A DNA stretch of 40,203 bases from an uncultured Gammaproteobacteria bacterium (lineage in GTDB: Bacteria > Actinomycetota > Acidimicrobiia > Spongiisociales > ZC4RG35). The translations under genes and the position numbers were made by a program. Below, piece after piece: positions 28,594 to 37,450 of this stretch (positions are counted from its first letter, which is position 1; each line of letters opens with the position of its first letter). The stretch covers positions 1-40,203 of the forward strand of contig CAXMPS010000054.1 in NCBI GenBank assembly GCA_964194995.1. The letters run 5' to 3'. The notes beneath the pieces were generated by a model, which was not told where the DNA came from, did not search any database, and saw only the letters and a list, made by a program, of their open reading frames with translations.

Positions 28594-30078
28594 GTGACAT
28601 TCACCATCGACTACCTGGCTCTGGCGCCCGAACTGGTGATCGTCGGGACGTTGTTGGTTGTGTTCACGCTGGACATGATTCTCACCCGGCCCAAGAAGTT
28701 CTGGATCGCGACCGCCGCCGTCGCGGGAACAGCACTGGCTGCCATCCCTCTGGTGATCCTCGGCGTCCAAGGGGAAACCCGATCCATGTTCGACGGTTCG
28801 TATGTGGTCGATGAGTTTGCCCTGGTCCTCAAAGGCCTGTTCATCGTTGCGGCCTATCTGGTCCTGCTGATGTCCCATCACTACATCGAGTCAGACCGCT
28901 ATTACCAGGGTGAGTACTACTTCCTCCTCCTGGCGTCGGTCCTGGGCTCCTTGGTGATGGCGTCCTCACGGGATCTGATCATCCTCTTCATCGGGCTCGA
29001 GTTGACGACCGCACCATTGTTCCTCCTCGCTGGATGGAGAAAAGGAGACTCCAAGTCCAATGAGGCGTCTTTGAAGTACTTCATCCTCGGAGTCCTCTCA
29101 ACGGCGATCCTGCTCTACGGCATGTCATTCCTCTACGGGTTGACTGGCGAGATCACCTTCAGCGGTCTGGCTGAGGCCACCGCCGGGCGGGGAGACGAGC
29201 CGGCGATGGTCATGGCAATTCTCTTTGTGATCGTTGGTTTCGGCTTCAAGATCGCCGCGGTTCCATTCCACTTCTGGGCGCCTGACACATATGAGGGCGC
29301 ACCGACGCCGATCACCGCCTACCTGTCGGTCAACTCCAAGATTGCCGGTTTCGTGGCCTTGTTGCTGATGCTGTACCTCGCCCTTCCCGGCGTTTCGGAG
29401 GTGTGGGCGCCCGCGCTCTGGATCCTTGCTGCCCTCTCGATGACGATTGGGAACCTGTCGGCGTTGCGACAAACGAACATTGTTCGACTACTGGCCTATT
29501 CGTCTGTGGCTCAGGCCGGATTCATGTTGGTGCCGTTCGCCGCGGCCGCCGTTGTCGGGGCCGATCTGGAAGAGGCCTTTGCCGCGACAGTCGTTTATCT
29601 CGCGATCTACGCCGTGATGAACCTGGGCGCCTTTGCCGTGGTGATCGCAGGAGCCCGCAAGACGGGTTCAGGCGAATTGCCGGCCTGGTCTGGTCTCGCT
29701 CAGGTCGATTCGAGGCTTGGTGTTCTGGTTGCGGTGTTCTTCTTCAGCCTTGCCGGGATTCCCCCGTTGGCCGGATGGTTCGCCAAGTTCGCCATGTTCC
29801 GCTCGGTGATGATCGCCGGCGGGGAGGCAACAGTCGCTCTGGCGGTGATTGCCGCGGTCAACGCTGTTATCGCGCTGTACTACTACGCCAAGGTGGTCAA
29901 GACCGTTTGGGTGGACGACCCCACCGGGGAGTTTGCCGAAGGTGTGGAAGCGGCGCCGGCCGGTTCTTTGCGTTTGGCGCTGGGGGTCTCATTGACTCTC
30001 ACCGTTGTCATCGGGTTCTTCCCCGCTCTGGTCACCTTCGTGGGTGACGCCTCCCGGGTAATTGCCGCGGGCGGCTGA
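28594..30078 (+). CDS. nuoN: Complex I-like subunit N (second operon)
   Basis: EASLKYFILG, FKIAAVPFHFWAPDTYEGAP, GIPPLAGWFAKF. Confidence 0.96.
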   Translation: MTFTIDYLALAPELVIVGTLLVVFTLDMILTRPKKFWIATAAVAGTALAAIPLVILGVQGETRSMFDGSYVVDEFALVLKGLFIVAAYLVLLMSHHYIESDRYYQGEYYFLLLASVLGSLVMASSRDLIILFIGLELTTAPLFLLAGWRKGDSKSNEASLKYFILGVLSTAILLYGMSFLYGLTGEITFSGLAEATAGRGDEPAMVMAILFVIVGFGFKIAAVPFHFWAPDTYEGAPTPITAYLSVNSKIAGFVALLLMLYLALPGVSEVWAPALWILAALSMTIGNLSALRQTNIVRLLAYSSVAQAGFMLVPFAAAAVVGADLEEAFAATVVYLAIYAVMNLGAFAVVIAGARKTGSGELPAWSGLAQVDSRLGVLVAVFFFSLAGIPPLAGWFAKFAMFRSVMIAGGEATVALAVIAAVNAVIALYYYAKVVKTVWVDDPTGEFAEGVEAAPAGSLRLALGVSLTLTVVIGFFPALVTFVGDASRVIAAGG

Positions 30079-30081
30079 CGC

Positions 30082-30261
30082 CTACTCAGCCGGCAGCTGA
30101 CCGTATCCGCCCCCAAAATTGTCAGCCATGCTGCTGCCGATTGATCTCAATCCTTCGGCCGCATCTCTCAGAGGATTGCCCTCGGGCAGCGAAGGGCCGA
30201 TCAGAGCAAGGGCAGCGACAAAAACAAGCACAAAAGCAATAAGCGTCAGCGAGCGGCGCAT
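30082..30261 (-). CDS. Small 59-aa protein with N-terminal TM/signal segment (not in ORF track)
   Basis: Hand translation: MRRSLTLIAFVLVFVAALALIGPSLPEGNPLRDAAEGLRSIGSSMADNFGGGYGQLPAE*; TAGCCT -10 box 6 nt before ATG; fits the gap without overlap. Confidence 0.65.
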   Translation of the reverse strand: MRRSLTLIAFVLVFVAALALIGPSLPEGNPLRDAAEGLRSIGSSMADNFGGGYGQLPAE

Positions 30262-30307
30262 GCGAACAGGCTACCGATCTCAAACTTGGGCTCGAATACC
30301 CACCAGC

Positions 30308-30886
30308 TCATGCCTTAACACGGCTCCGATGGAGTGAGCGATATTCCCGATCGATGAGCGACCAAAGGGAATGATCAATCCAGTTACCCCGGATGAGCAG
30401 TTCCTCGCGGAGTACCCCTTCACGGGTGAAGCCGAGTTTCTCGGCTACTCGGTCGGATGCGTCGTTTCCAACAGCGATCCGAAGGGTCACTTTGTGATAA
30501 CTCAGGGCTGTGAAGGCCTCCTCGAGCAGCCGGCCCACCGCCTCCGTGCAGATTCCCCTGGAGATCTCGTCGCTTCGTACCCAGTAACCGAATTCGGCGA
30601 TCTTCCCTAGCTGCGACACCGTCCACATTGAGACGTTGCCGACGTGACGATCGGGTTGTTCCTTGAACCTCACCGAGTAGTCCCAGGCCCGATCCTCCTT
30701 CCAAGCCTGAAGGGAGTCGCGGATGAAGGCGTTGGTGTCTCCATGCTCGTAGTCGAGGCGCGCCCACGGGAGCCACTGGTTCAGGTCGGGGAGCGAGCTC
30801 CTTATCGCATCGTCGAGCGTGTTGTGGTCGCGGCGCGAGAACCGCTGCAGGATGAGTCGGTCTGTCTCTAGTTGTGATCTTGGCAC
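30308..30886 (-). CDS. GNAT N-acetyltransferase, RimJ/RimL family
   Basis: LETDRLIL, EFGYWV...RGICTEA, N.AS.RVAEKLGF..EG. Confidence 0.9.
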   Translation of the reverse strand: MPRSQLETDRLILQRFSRRDHNTLDDAIRSSLPDLNQWLPWARLDYEHGDTNAFIRDSLQAWKEDRAWDYSVRFKEQPDRHVGNVSMWTVSQLGKIAEFGYWVRSDEISRGICTEAVGRLLEEAFTALSYHKVTLRIAVGNDASDRVAEKLGFTREGVLREELLIRGNWIDHSLWSLIDREYRSLHRSRVKA

Positions 30887-30892
30887 CCGGTC

Positions 30893-30914
30893 AGGTTATC
30901 CGCGCCCTTAACCT
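30893..30914. promoter_or_regulatory. Back-to-back -10 boxes for divergent GNAT and Nudix genes
   Basis: AGGTTA-N10-TAACCT: TAACCT on the minus strand 6 nt before the GNAT GTG and on the plus strand 9 nt before the Nudix ATG. Confidence 0.5.
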
Positions 30915-30923
30915 GTGCGCCTC

Positions 30924-31457
30924 ATGTGGGACAGCCTCCATCTAATCGCCGCACATCCGGCACCCGGTGACCGGGCAATGGCGGCAGTCCTCGCTCCCCT
31001 CTACGAGGACGACAGCGGCAGGATAAGGGTCGTGCTCACCAAGCGCCCCGACACCATGCCGACTCACGCCGGACATATCGCTTTTCCCGGTGGTCGTGCC
31101 CATCCTGAAGACGATGGCCCGGTAGACACAGCGCTTCGTGAGGCGCATGAGGAGGTGGGGATCGAGCGAGACCAGGTCGAGGTTCTCGGCTTTCTCCCTG
31201 CGATCGACACGGTCGAATTCAGTCCTCTGGTTGTCCCGGTCGTTGGCAGGATCAGCACTCCGCTTGGGCTCGTTCTCTCCGAGCGCGAGGTCGTGAAGGT
31301 ATACGCGCCGCTCCTCTTGGATCTGGCTGACGAGTCGAAGTGGTGGTCTGTCCCTTGGGATGGCCGGCAGATCTGGTACTACGAACTCGAAGGCGACACC
31401 CTTTGGGGGGCGACAGCCTGGATGATTCGCACAATGCTCGGTCTCCTAGACAGGTAG
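30924..31457 (+). CDS. Nudix hydrolase, CoA pyrophosphatase type
   Basis: LTKR...HAGHIAFPGG plus Nudix box ALREAHEEVG and C-terminal LWGATA; start ATG 30924 or GTG 30915. Confidence 0.9.
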   Translation: MWDSLHLIAAHPAPGDRAMAAVLAPLYEDDSGRIRVVLTKRPDTMPTHAGHIAFPGGRAHPEDDGPVDTALREAHEEVGIERDQVEVLGFLPAIDTVEFSPLVVPVVGRISTPLGLVLSEREVVKVYAPLLLDLADESKWWSVPWDGRQIWYYELEGDTLWGATAWMIRTMLGLLDR

Positions 31458-31582
31458 ACCCAACCTGGCCCGCTCCTCCTGAGTGCGGCAACGCCACCCA
31501 CGCTGGGACACTGTCAAGAATTCGACCCGACGGCTCCGTTGTGTCTCGGCCGACATAGAATGCTCGATTCGGGCAACCTCGG

Positions 31583-32653
31583 GTGGAGAACTTGCGAAGG
31601 AAACTCCTAATCGGCGCTGGACTAGTCGCACTCCTGCTCCTGGCAACAGGGGCCACTTTCGCCTTGTCGACCTGGGGTGAGGTAAACCGGGTTTCGATCG
31701 ACCGCCCCGTCTCAGCCGGTGTCGAAGCCGCTGCTGAGCCCGCGGCGGAATCCGAGCCAGACGTCGATCCGGAGACCGGAGTAACGATCCCCCCAAGCGA
31801 TGGTGGTCTGGACGTCTTCTTGTTGGTCGGATCGGACTCGAGGGACGCACTTGAAGACGTGGAAGGGTTCGGCGAATTCGTTGGTGAGCGAGCAGACGTG
31901 GTGATGGTGATGATTCGGCCCCACGATGGCTCTACCGCTGCAATGCTCTCCCTTCCCCGCGATCTGCTGGTTGAAGATATCTGTGGAGGCGATGATCATC
32001 GGCTCAATGACGCACTCGAGGGTTGCGGTGACGCGATGAACGGCGCCACGGCTCTGACCCTGAGCGTGGAGTCGATCTTGGGGATCACCGTGGATCATCT
32101 TGCTCTTGTCGACCTTGCCGGCTTCCAGGGGGTCGTGGATGCCGTCGGTGGCTATGAGATCTGTCTGGAGCGACAAGTGCGCGATCAAAAGGCCAACCTC
32201 GAGCTTCCCGCCGGCTGCACTCAGGCCTCCGGCGAGCAGACTCTTGCCTGGATGAGATCGCGAAGCACACAGGAACTCACGGCGTCGGGATGGCGGGTCG
32301 TTCCGGGGGTCAGCGACCTGACACGCAACGAACGACAGCGCGTGTTCATGGTTTCGATGTTGTCGAGACTCTCAGACTTCGGCAGTCCTCAGGACATTGC
32401 AGCGGTGGCCCAGGCGGTGGCTCCGAATGTGACTGTGGACTCGGAATTGACCCTTGTTGACGCCGTTAGCTTGGCTTGGACCATGCGGGGTCTCGGCACC
32501 GGTTCGGTCAACACGCTCGAAGTCCCGGTTATGAATGTCACGACCGCCTCGGGAGCGGCAGTCCTGGTTGCGACAGTCGATGTCTCCGAGATCGTGGCCT
32601 CGTATCTCTCGCCCGAGTCGGCCGCCAACGCCTCCCCTACATTCTCCAAGTAG
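31583..32653 (+). CDS. LCP (LytR-CpsA-Psr) family cell-envelope phosphotransferase
   Basis: N-terminal TM, LLVGSDSR, RADVVM, SLPRDL, AWMRSR, DLTRNERQ. Confidence 0.92.
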   Translation: MENLRRKLLIGAGLVALLLLATGATFALSTWGEVNRVSIDRPVSAGVEAAAEPAAESEPDVDPETGVTIPPSDGGLDVFLLVGSDSRDALEDVEGFGEFVGERADVVMVMIRPHDGSTAAMLSLPRDLLVEDICGGDDHRLNDALEGCGDAMNGATALTLSVESILGITVDHLALVDLAGFQGVVDAVGGYEICLERQVRDQKANLELPAGCTQASGEQTLAWMRSRSTQELTASGWRVVPGVSDLTRNERQRVFMVSMLSRLSDFGSPQDIAAVAQAVAPNVTVDSELTLVDAVSLAWTMRGLGTGSVNTLEVPVMNVTTASGAAVLVATVDVSEIVASYLSPESAANASPTFSK

Positions 32654-32663
32654 GACTGGTGCG

Positions 32664-33644
32664 GTGACCAACAAGCAGCGAGTGTTTTCAGGCATCCAGC
32701 CCACTGGGGGCCTTCCCCACGTGGGCAACTATGTCGGCGCGCTGAACAATTGGGTCGAGATGCAGGCTGATTACGACACGATCTATTGCGTCGTCGACCT
32801 TCACTCGATGACCATTCCCTACGATCCTCATGAGTTCAAGCAGGCGAGGATCGACACAGCCAAGATGTTGCTCGCCGTGGGTGTCGACCCGGGAACGTCG
32901 CTTCTCTACTACCAGGCCGATGTTCTCCAGCACGTCGAACTGGCCTGGATACTCTCCACGATCACCGGCCTCGGTCAGTTGGAGAGGATGACCCAGTTCA
33001 AGGAGAAGTCCGACCGGGCGGGCAAGAATCTGGGACTCCTGGCCTATCCCGTTTTGATGGCGGCCGACATCTTGATCCACAAGGTGCATGCGGTCCCGGT
33101 CGGGGATGACCAGGCACAACACCTCGAACTCGCCCGTGACCTCGCGATGCGCTTCAACGCCAGGTTCGGTGATGAGTTTCCCGTTCCGGATCGGATCACT
33201 CCAGGGGTCGGGGCACGGGTGATGTCCCTCACTGATCCAACAACGAAAATGTCTGGCTCTGATCCGAGCGGGAAATCTCGCATCCTCTTGAATGACTCTC
33301 CTGACATCATCGTCAGAAAGGTCAGGTCTGCGGTGACCGACACTGGGTCGCAGGTCGTCTACGACCCTGATGGCAAGCCAGGGATCTCGAATCTCCTCGA
33401 ATTGTTCAGTTTCTTCACCGGTCGATCGATCGATTCTCTTGCAGACGAGTACGTCGATGCTGGCTACGGGACGTTCAAGGCCGCCGTCGGCGAGGCAATC
33501 TCCGAGGGTCTCGGGCCGATCAGGGAACGCTACGAAGCCGTCGATGATGGCGAGGTTTCCTTGATCATGCGGCGGGGCGCCGAGGAAGCTCGTGATCGTG
33601 CCGAGATGGAGATGAAGTCGGTCCGGGAGAAGATCGGGCTATAG
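32664..33644 (+). CDS. trpS: Tryptophan--tRNA ligase
   Basis: FSGIQPTG, HVGNY (HIGH), YPVLMAADIL, VPVGDDQ, KMSGS; start at GTG 32664 after the LCP stop. Confidence 0.95.
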   Translation: MTNKQRVFSGIQPTGGLPHVGNYVGALNNWVEMQADYDTIYCVVDLHSMTIPYDPHEFKQARIDTAKMLLAVGVDPGTSLLYYQADVLQHVELAWILSTITGLGQLERMTQFKEKSDRAGKNLGLLAYPVLMAADILIHKVHAVPVGDDQAQHLELARDLAMRFNARFGDEFPVPDRITPGVGARVMSLTDPTTKMSGSDPSGKSRILLNDSPDIIVRKVRSAVTDTGSQVVYDPDGKPGISNLLELFSFFTGRSIDSLADEYVDAGYGTFKAAVGEAISEGLGPIRERYEAVDDGEVSLIMRRGAEEARDRAEMEMKSVREKIGL

Positions 33645-33806
33645 GAGCCCGCTGAACAATGCATGTCACTTATCTCGACGACCATGTCATCGCCACTCGC
33701 GGTGTCCTCGGCTCCGCCATTCCGATCCGAGGAGTGGCGAAACCTCGTTCTTGCGAGTGGCGCGCCTGGCCGCCGATCTGACCGACGGCATTATCCAACA
33801 GACTCC
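33644..33806 (+). mobile_element. MITE-like palindromic repeat, copy 3 (163 bp)
   Basis: Begins at the G of the trpS TAG; GGAGCCCGCTGAACAATGC ... GCATTATCCAACAGACTCC; about 87% identical to copy 1 by manual count. Confidence 0.85.
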
Positions 33807-33811
33807 TGGTC

Positions 33812-33827
33812 GCCCGCTGAACAATGC
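33812..33827 (+). repeat. Solo copy of the element's left end
   Basis: GCCCGCTGAACAATGC, identical to 33647-33662. Confidence 0.8.
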
Positions 33828-33829
33828 CT

Positions 33830-34537
33830 CTAACCCGTGACGGACTCGAGTAGCTCCTGGGGAATCAGCAGGGCTATGGCGGCAAGCAGGTTGAACCCGG
33901 AGTGGAGAAAGATCGCGGGCCCGAGCCGCCCGGTTCTGAGAGTGACCCAGGCGAGGATCAGCCCGATCACGAACAGCTGAGGCAGGACGACCAATGCGGC
34001 CGCTGCCAGGGCATCCGGGGCGAGGCCGAGCATGTGGAAGGCAGCGAAGACCAAGGCAGTCACCACCATGATTGTGCGGCGTCCCTTGCTTCCCAGGGCT
34101 TTGAGGAGCACCCCACGGAATATGAGCTCCTCGGTAACCGGGGCCAGAACAACCGCCACCACCACGGCTGCGATCCGGGCGGGAGTCGTTTCCAATGCGG
34201 AGATCGCGTCACCGATCTGCTGGGCTGAGTCGCCTTCTGGGAAAAGGCGAGTGGTGAGGGGCAGGAACAAGACCGCCAGGACCAGTTGAAAAAGGAGTCC
34301 CAGCGCGAGATAGCGGAAGTCGCCTCCTTCGATGACAAAGCCGAGGTCCCCTTCATCGCGGTTGCGGCCCAGTAGCCAAAGCACAAATAGATGCCCTGCA
34401 TACTGACCGGCTAGTCCCATGACCAGAAGAAACTCGCTGTTTCCCAGCGCGAGGCCGACGGCTAGGAATACACCCGCTCCAAGGAAACCGCCGAGCACCA
34501 CGAGGACGAAGTCGACGATTGACCATGATCGAGGCAC
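33830..34537 (-). CDS. CPBP/CAAX-type intramembrane glutamic endopeptidase
   Basis: EELIFRG, FAAFH and HSGFN motifs; start GTG 34537 chosen from a TAGGCT box 8 nt upstream. Confidence 0.9.
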   Translation of the reverse strand: MPRSWSIVDFVLVVLGGFLGAGVFLAVGLALGNSEFLLVMGLAGQYAGHLFVLWLLGRNRDEGDLGFVIEGGDFRYLALGLLFQLVLAVLFLPLTTRLFPEGDSAQQIGDAISALETTPARIAAVVVAVVLAPVTEELIFRGVLLKALGSKGRRTIMVVTALVFAAFHMLGLAPDALAAAALVVLPQLFVIGLILAWVTLRTGRLGPAIFLHSGFNLLAAIALLIPQELLESVTG

Positions 34538-34599
34538 GGCGGCGGAGCCTACAGGTCTGCTACTACCCTGCGAGAAACGTCGGCGGAGGTTGCTCGGAA

Positions 34600-35757
34600 G
34601 TGGAAATCGATATCGGTATCGGTAAGTCAGGCCGCAAGGCATTCGGATTCGACGATATCGCGATCGTCCCGTCACGCAGGACGCGAGATCCTGATGATGT
34701 CGATATCTCCTGGCAGCTCGACGCGTTCAAGTTCACGCTCCCGATGATGGGCTCGGCCATGGATTCGGCCATCAGCCCTACTACGGCGGTGCGGATCGGT
34801 CGGCTTGGGGGCCTTGCCGTCCTAAACCTCGAGGGCTTGTGGACCCGTCATGAAGACCCGGAGCCTTACTTCGAGGAGATTGCCGAGCTCTCGAAGGAAA
34901 AGGCCACACTGCGGATGCAGGAGATCTACCTCGAACCCGTGAAGCCTGATCTGATTGGTCAGCGAGTCGCCGAGATCAAGGGGCAGGGCGTAGTGACAGC
35001 CGGGAGTCTCACCCCGCAACATGTCCGCTCGTGGGCGCCGAGCGCGCTTACTTCGGGCCTCGATGTGTTGGTGATCCAGGGAACCGTGGTGTCTGCCGAG
35101 CACGTCTCGAGCCGCGAGGAGCCTCTGGACCTCAAGCAGTACATCGCCGGTTCCGAGGTTCCCGTGATCATTGGCGGATGCGCCAGCTATTCCACGGCCT
35201 TGCACCTGATGCGCACCGGAGCCGTGGGCGTCTTGGTCGGAGTCGGCCCTGGCGCGGCCTGTACCACCAGGGCGGTCTTGGGCGTAGGTGTTCCTCAGGC
35301 CACGGCCATCGCAGACGCGGCGGGGGCCCGTATTCGCTATCTCGACGAGACGGGACGATACGTCCATGTGATCGCCGATGGCGGAATGCGGACCGGAGGT
35401 GACGTGTCGAAGGCGATTGCATGTGGTGCCGACGCAGTCATGATCGGATCCCCACTGGCGTCAGCCACCGAAGCCCCGGGGCAGGGGTTCCATTGGGGCA
35501 TGGCCACGTTCCACCCAACGCTGCCCAGAGGGGCGCGAGTGGAGGTGGGCGACCGTGGCACTCTCCAGGAGATAATGGTCGGGCCGGCCCATGAGAACGA
35601 TGGCAAGCTCAATCTGTTTGGAGCCCTCCAGGTATCGATGGCCACCACCGGATACTCAAACGTCAAGGAATTCCAGAAGGCAGAAGTGATGATCGCCCCA
35701 TCGCTCCAGACGGAGGGCAAGTCCCTCCAGCGCAGCCAGCATGTCGGCATGGGATAG
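34600..35757 (+). CDS. guaB3: GuaB3-family IMP dehydrogenase-related protein
   Basis: IAIVPSRRTRDP, LNLEGL, GPGAACTTR, IADGG; no CBS pair; GTG 34600 after GGAGGT; upstream of guaA. Confidence 0.9.
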   Translation: MEIDIGIGKSGRKAFGFDDIAIVPSRRTRDPDDVDISWQLDAFKFTLPMMGSAMDSAISPTTAVRIGRLGGLAVLNLEGLWTRHEDPEPYFEEIAELSKEKATLRMQEIYLEPVKPDLIGQRVAEIKGQGVVTAGSLTPQHVRSWAPSALTSGLDVLVIQGTVVSAEHVSSREEPLDLKQYIAGSEVPVIIGGCASYSTALHLMRTGAVGVLVGVGPGAACTTRAVLGVGVPQATAIADAAGARIRYLDETGRYVHVIADGGMRTGGDVSKAIACGADAVMIGSPLASATEAPGQGFHWGMATFHPTLPRGARVEVGDRGTLQEIMVGPAHENDGKLNLFGALQVSMATTGYSNVKEFQKAEVMIAPSLQTEGKSLQRSQHVGMG

Positions 35758-35794
35758 GGCTGCTTCGGCAGGCAACAAGCAACAGGTTTAAGTA

Positions 35795-37360
35795 GTGCCC
35801 ACAGGCGACAAACCTCAAGATTCCACCCGAGGGACCAGATCTGTGCTGGTATTGGACTTTGGGGCCCAGTACTCGCAACTGATCGCCAGACGGGTCCGTG
35901 AGGCCCATGTCCATTCCGAGATCGTCTCCCGAGATATCTCGCTAGAAGAGATCGCAATCCGCCGCCCACTCGGTCTCATCCTGTCAGGCGGCCCGGCCTC
36001 GGTCTACGCCGAGAACGCCTACAGCATGAATCCGGCGATCCTCGATCTGGGGATACCCATTCTCGGGATCTGTTACGGCCATCAGCTTCTCGCCGACCTG
36101 GCCGGAGGCAAGGTAGCCAACACCGGCGATGCCGAATACGGGAGCACCAGTCTGGAGATAACCGCGGGTTCCGTATTGCTAAAGGACCTTCCGGCCTCGC
36201 AAGAGGTTTGGATGTCCCATCAGGACCAGGTTGTTGAGCCTCCGGACGGCTTTGTCTCCGTTGCAACTACCGGCGGAGCAAAGGTCGCAGCCATGGAAGA
36301 CCTCGAACGCGGCCTGTTCGGCGTTCAGTTCCATCCCGAGGTGGCTCACACCCCTCGAGGGGGGGAGATCCTCAGGCGGTTCCTCCGCGAGGTTTGTGGC
36401 GCCTCGCCCACCTGGACCTCGCATTCCATCATTGAGAATCAGGTGGCGCTCATACGGTCGGAGGTGGGCGACGGCAAGGTTGTTTGCGGTCTATCCGGCG
36501 GTGTGGACTCGGCAGTGGCGGCAGCCATCGTCAGCCAGGCTGTCGGGGATCAACTGACCTGTATCTTCGTTGACCATGGGTTGCTTCGTGCCGGCGAAGC
36601 GGAGCAGGTCGAGGAAACGTTCCGCACCAACTTCGATGTCGAACTGATTCATGTCAAGGCACAGGACCGATTCCTGGATGCGCTGAGCGGCGTCACCGAC
36701 CCGGAGCAGAAGCGAAAGATCATTGGAGAGACCTTCATAAGAGTCTTCGAAGAAGCGGCCAACACGGTCGGCGACGCTTCGTTCCTGGTTCAGGGGACCC
36801 TTTACCCGGATGTGATCGAATCGGGATCAGGCTCAGCAGCAACCATCAAGACCCATCACAACGTAGGCGGGCTTCCAGAGGACATGGCTTTCGTCCTGAT
36901 CGAGCCACTTCGGAACCTGTTCAAGGACGAGGTGCGCACCGTGGGCGAGGATCTGGGGTTACCCGAAGAGATCGTCTGGCGCCAACCCTTCCCGGGCCCG
37001 GGTCTCGCGGTGCGAATCATCGGCGAGGTAACTCTGGATCGTCTCGAGCTACTCCGCTCCGCAGATCAGATCGTTTTGGAGGAAATTCGTCGCGCTGGCC
37101 TTTATCGGGAGATCTGGCAGGCGTTTGCCGTGCTCCCAGCGGTGAAGACGGTTGGGGTCCAGGGGGACGGGCGCACCTACGCATATCCGGTGGTGGTGCG
37201 TGCGGTCACCTCTGAGGATGCGATGACCGCTGACTGGGCCCGGCTGCCGTACGAGGTCCTGGAGAGGATCTCGAGCCGGATCATTAACGAAGTGCCCGGG
37301 ATCAATCGAGTCGCCTATGACATCTCATCCAAGCCACCGGCAACAATCGAGTGGGAGTGA
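35795..37360 (+). CDS. guaA: GMP synthase (glutamine-hydrolysing); start uncertain
   Basis: [47 protein letters not shown]. Confidence 0.97.
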   Translation: MPTGDKPQDSTRGTRSVLVLDFGAQYSQLIARRVREAHVHSEIVSRDISLEEIAIRRPLGLILSGGPASVYAENAYSMNPAILDLGIPILGICYGHQLLADLAGGKVANTGDAEYGSTSLEITAGSVLLKDLPASQEVWMSHQDQVVEPPDGFVSVATTGGAKVAAMEDLERGLFGVQFHPEVAHTPRGGEILRRFLREVCGASPTWTSHSIIENQVALIRSEVGDGKVVCGLSGGVDSAVAAAIVSQAVGDQLTCIFVDHGLLRAGEAEQVEETFRTNFDVELIHVKAQDRFLDALSGVTDPEQKRKIIGETFIRVFEEAANTVGDASFLVQGTLYPDVIESGSGSAATIKTHHNVGGLPEDMAFVLIEPLRNLFKDEVRTVGEDLGLPEEIVWRQPFPGPGLAVRIIGEVTLDRLELLRSADQIVLEEIRRAGLYREIWQAFAVLPAVKTVGVQGDGRTYAYPVVVRAVTSEDAMTADWARLPYEVLERISSRIINEVPGINRVAYDISSKPPATIEWE

Positions 37361-37394
37361 TCGGCTGCGTCGTAGCAGTGGCCCGTTCGGTTCA

Positions 37395-37422
37395 TTCAGT
37401 AGGGCTAGCGCGCTGCCGATAA
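37395..37422 (+). promoter_or_regulatory. Sigma-28 (FliA/WhiG)-like promoter before cheA
   Basis: TTCAG-N15-GCCGATAA; the -10 element is a perfect match to the sigma-28 consensus. Confidence 0.6.
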
Positions 37423-37450
37423 GGAGTTGATCGGCCAGGGAAATCCGCTT

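Noticed and set aside
35758-35822. CTGC-TTCG-GCAG hairpin and GCAACA short repeats between guaB3 and guaA
   Set aside because: Too short and degenerate to call a repeat, terminator or purine riboswitch.
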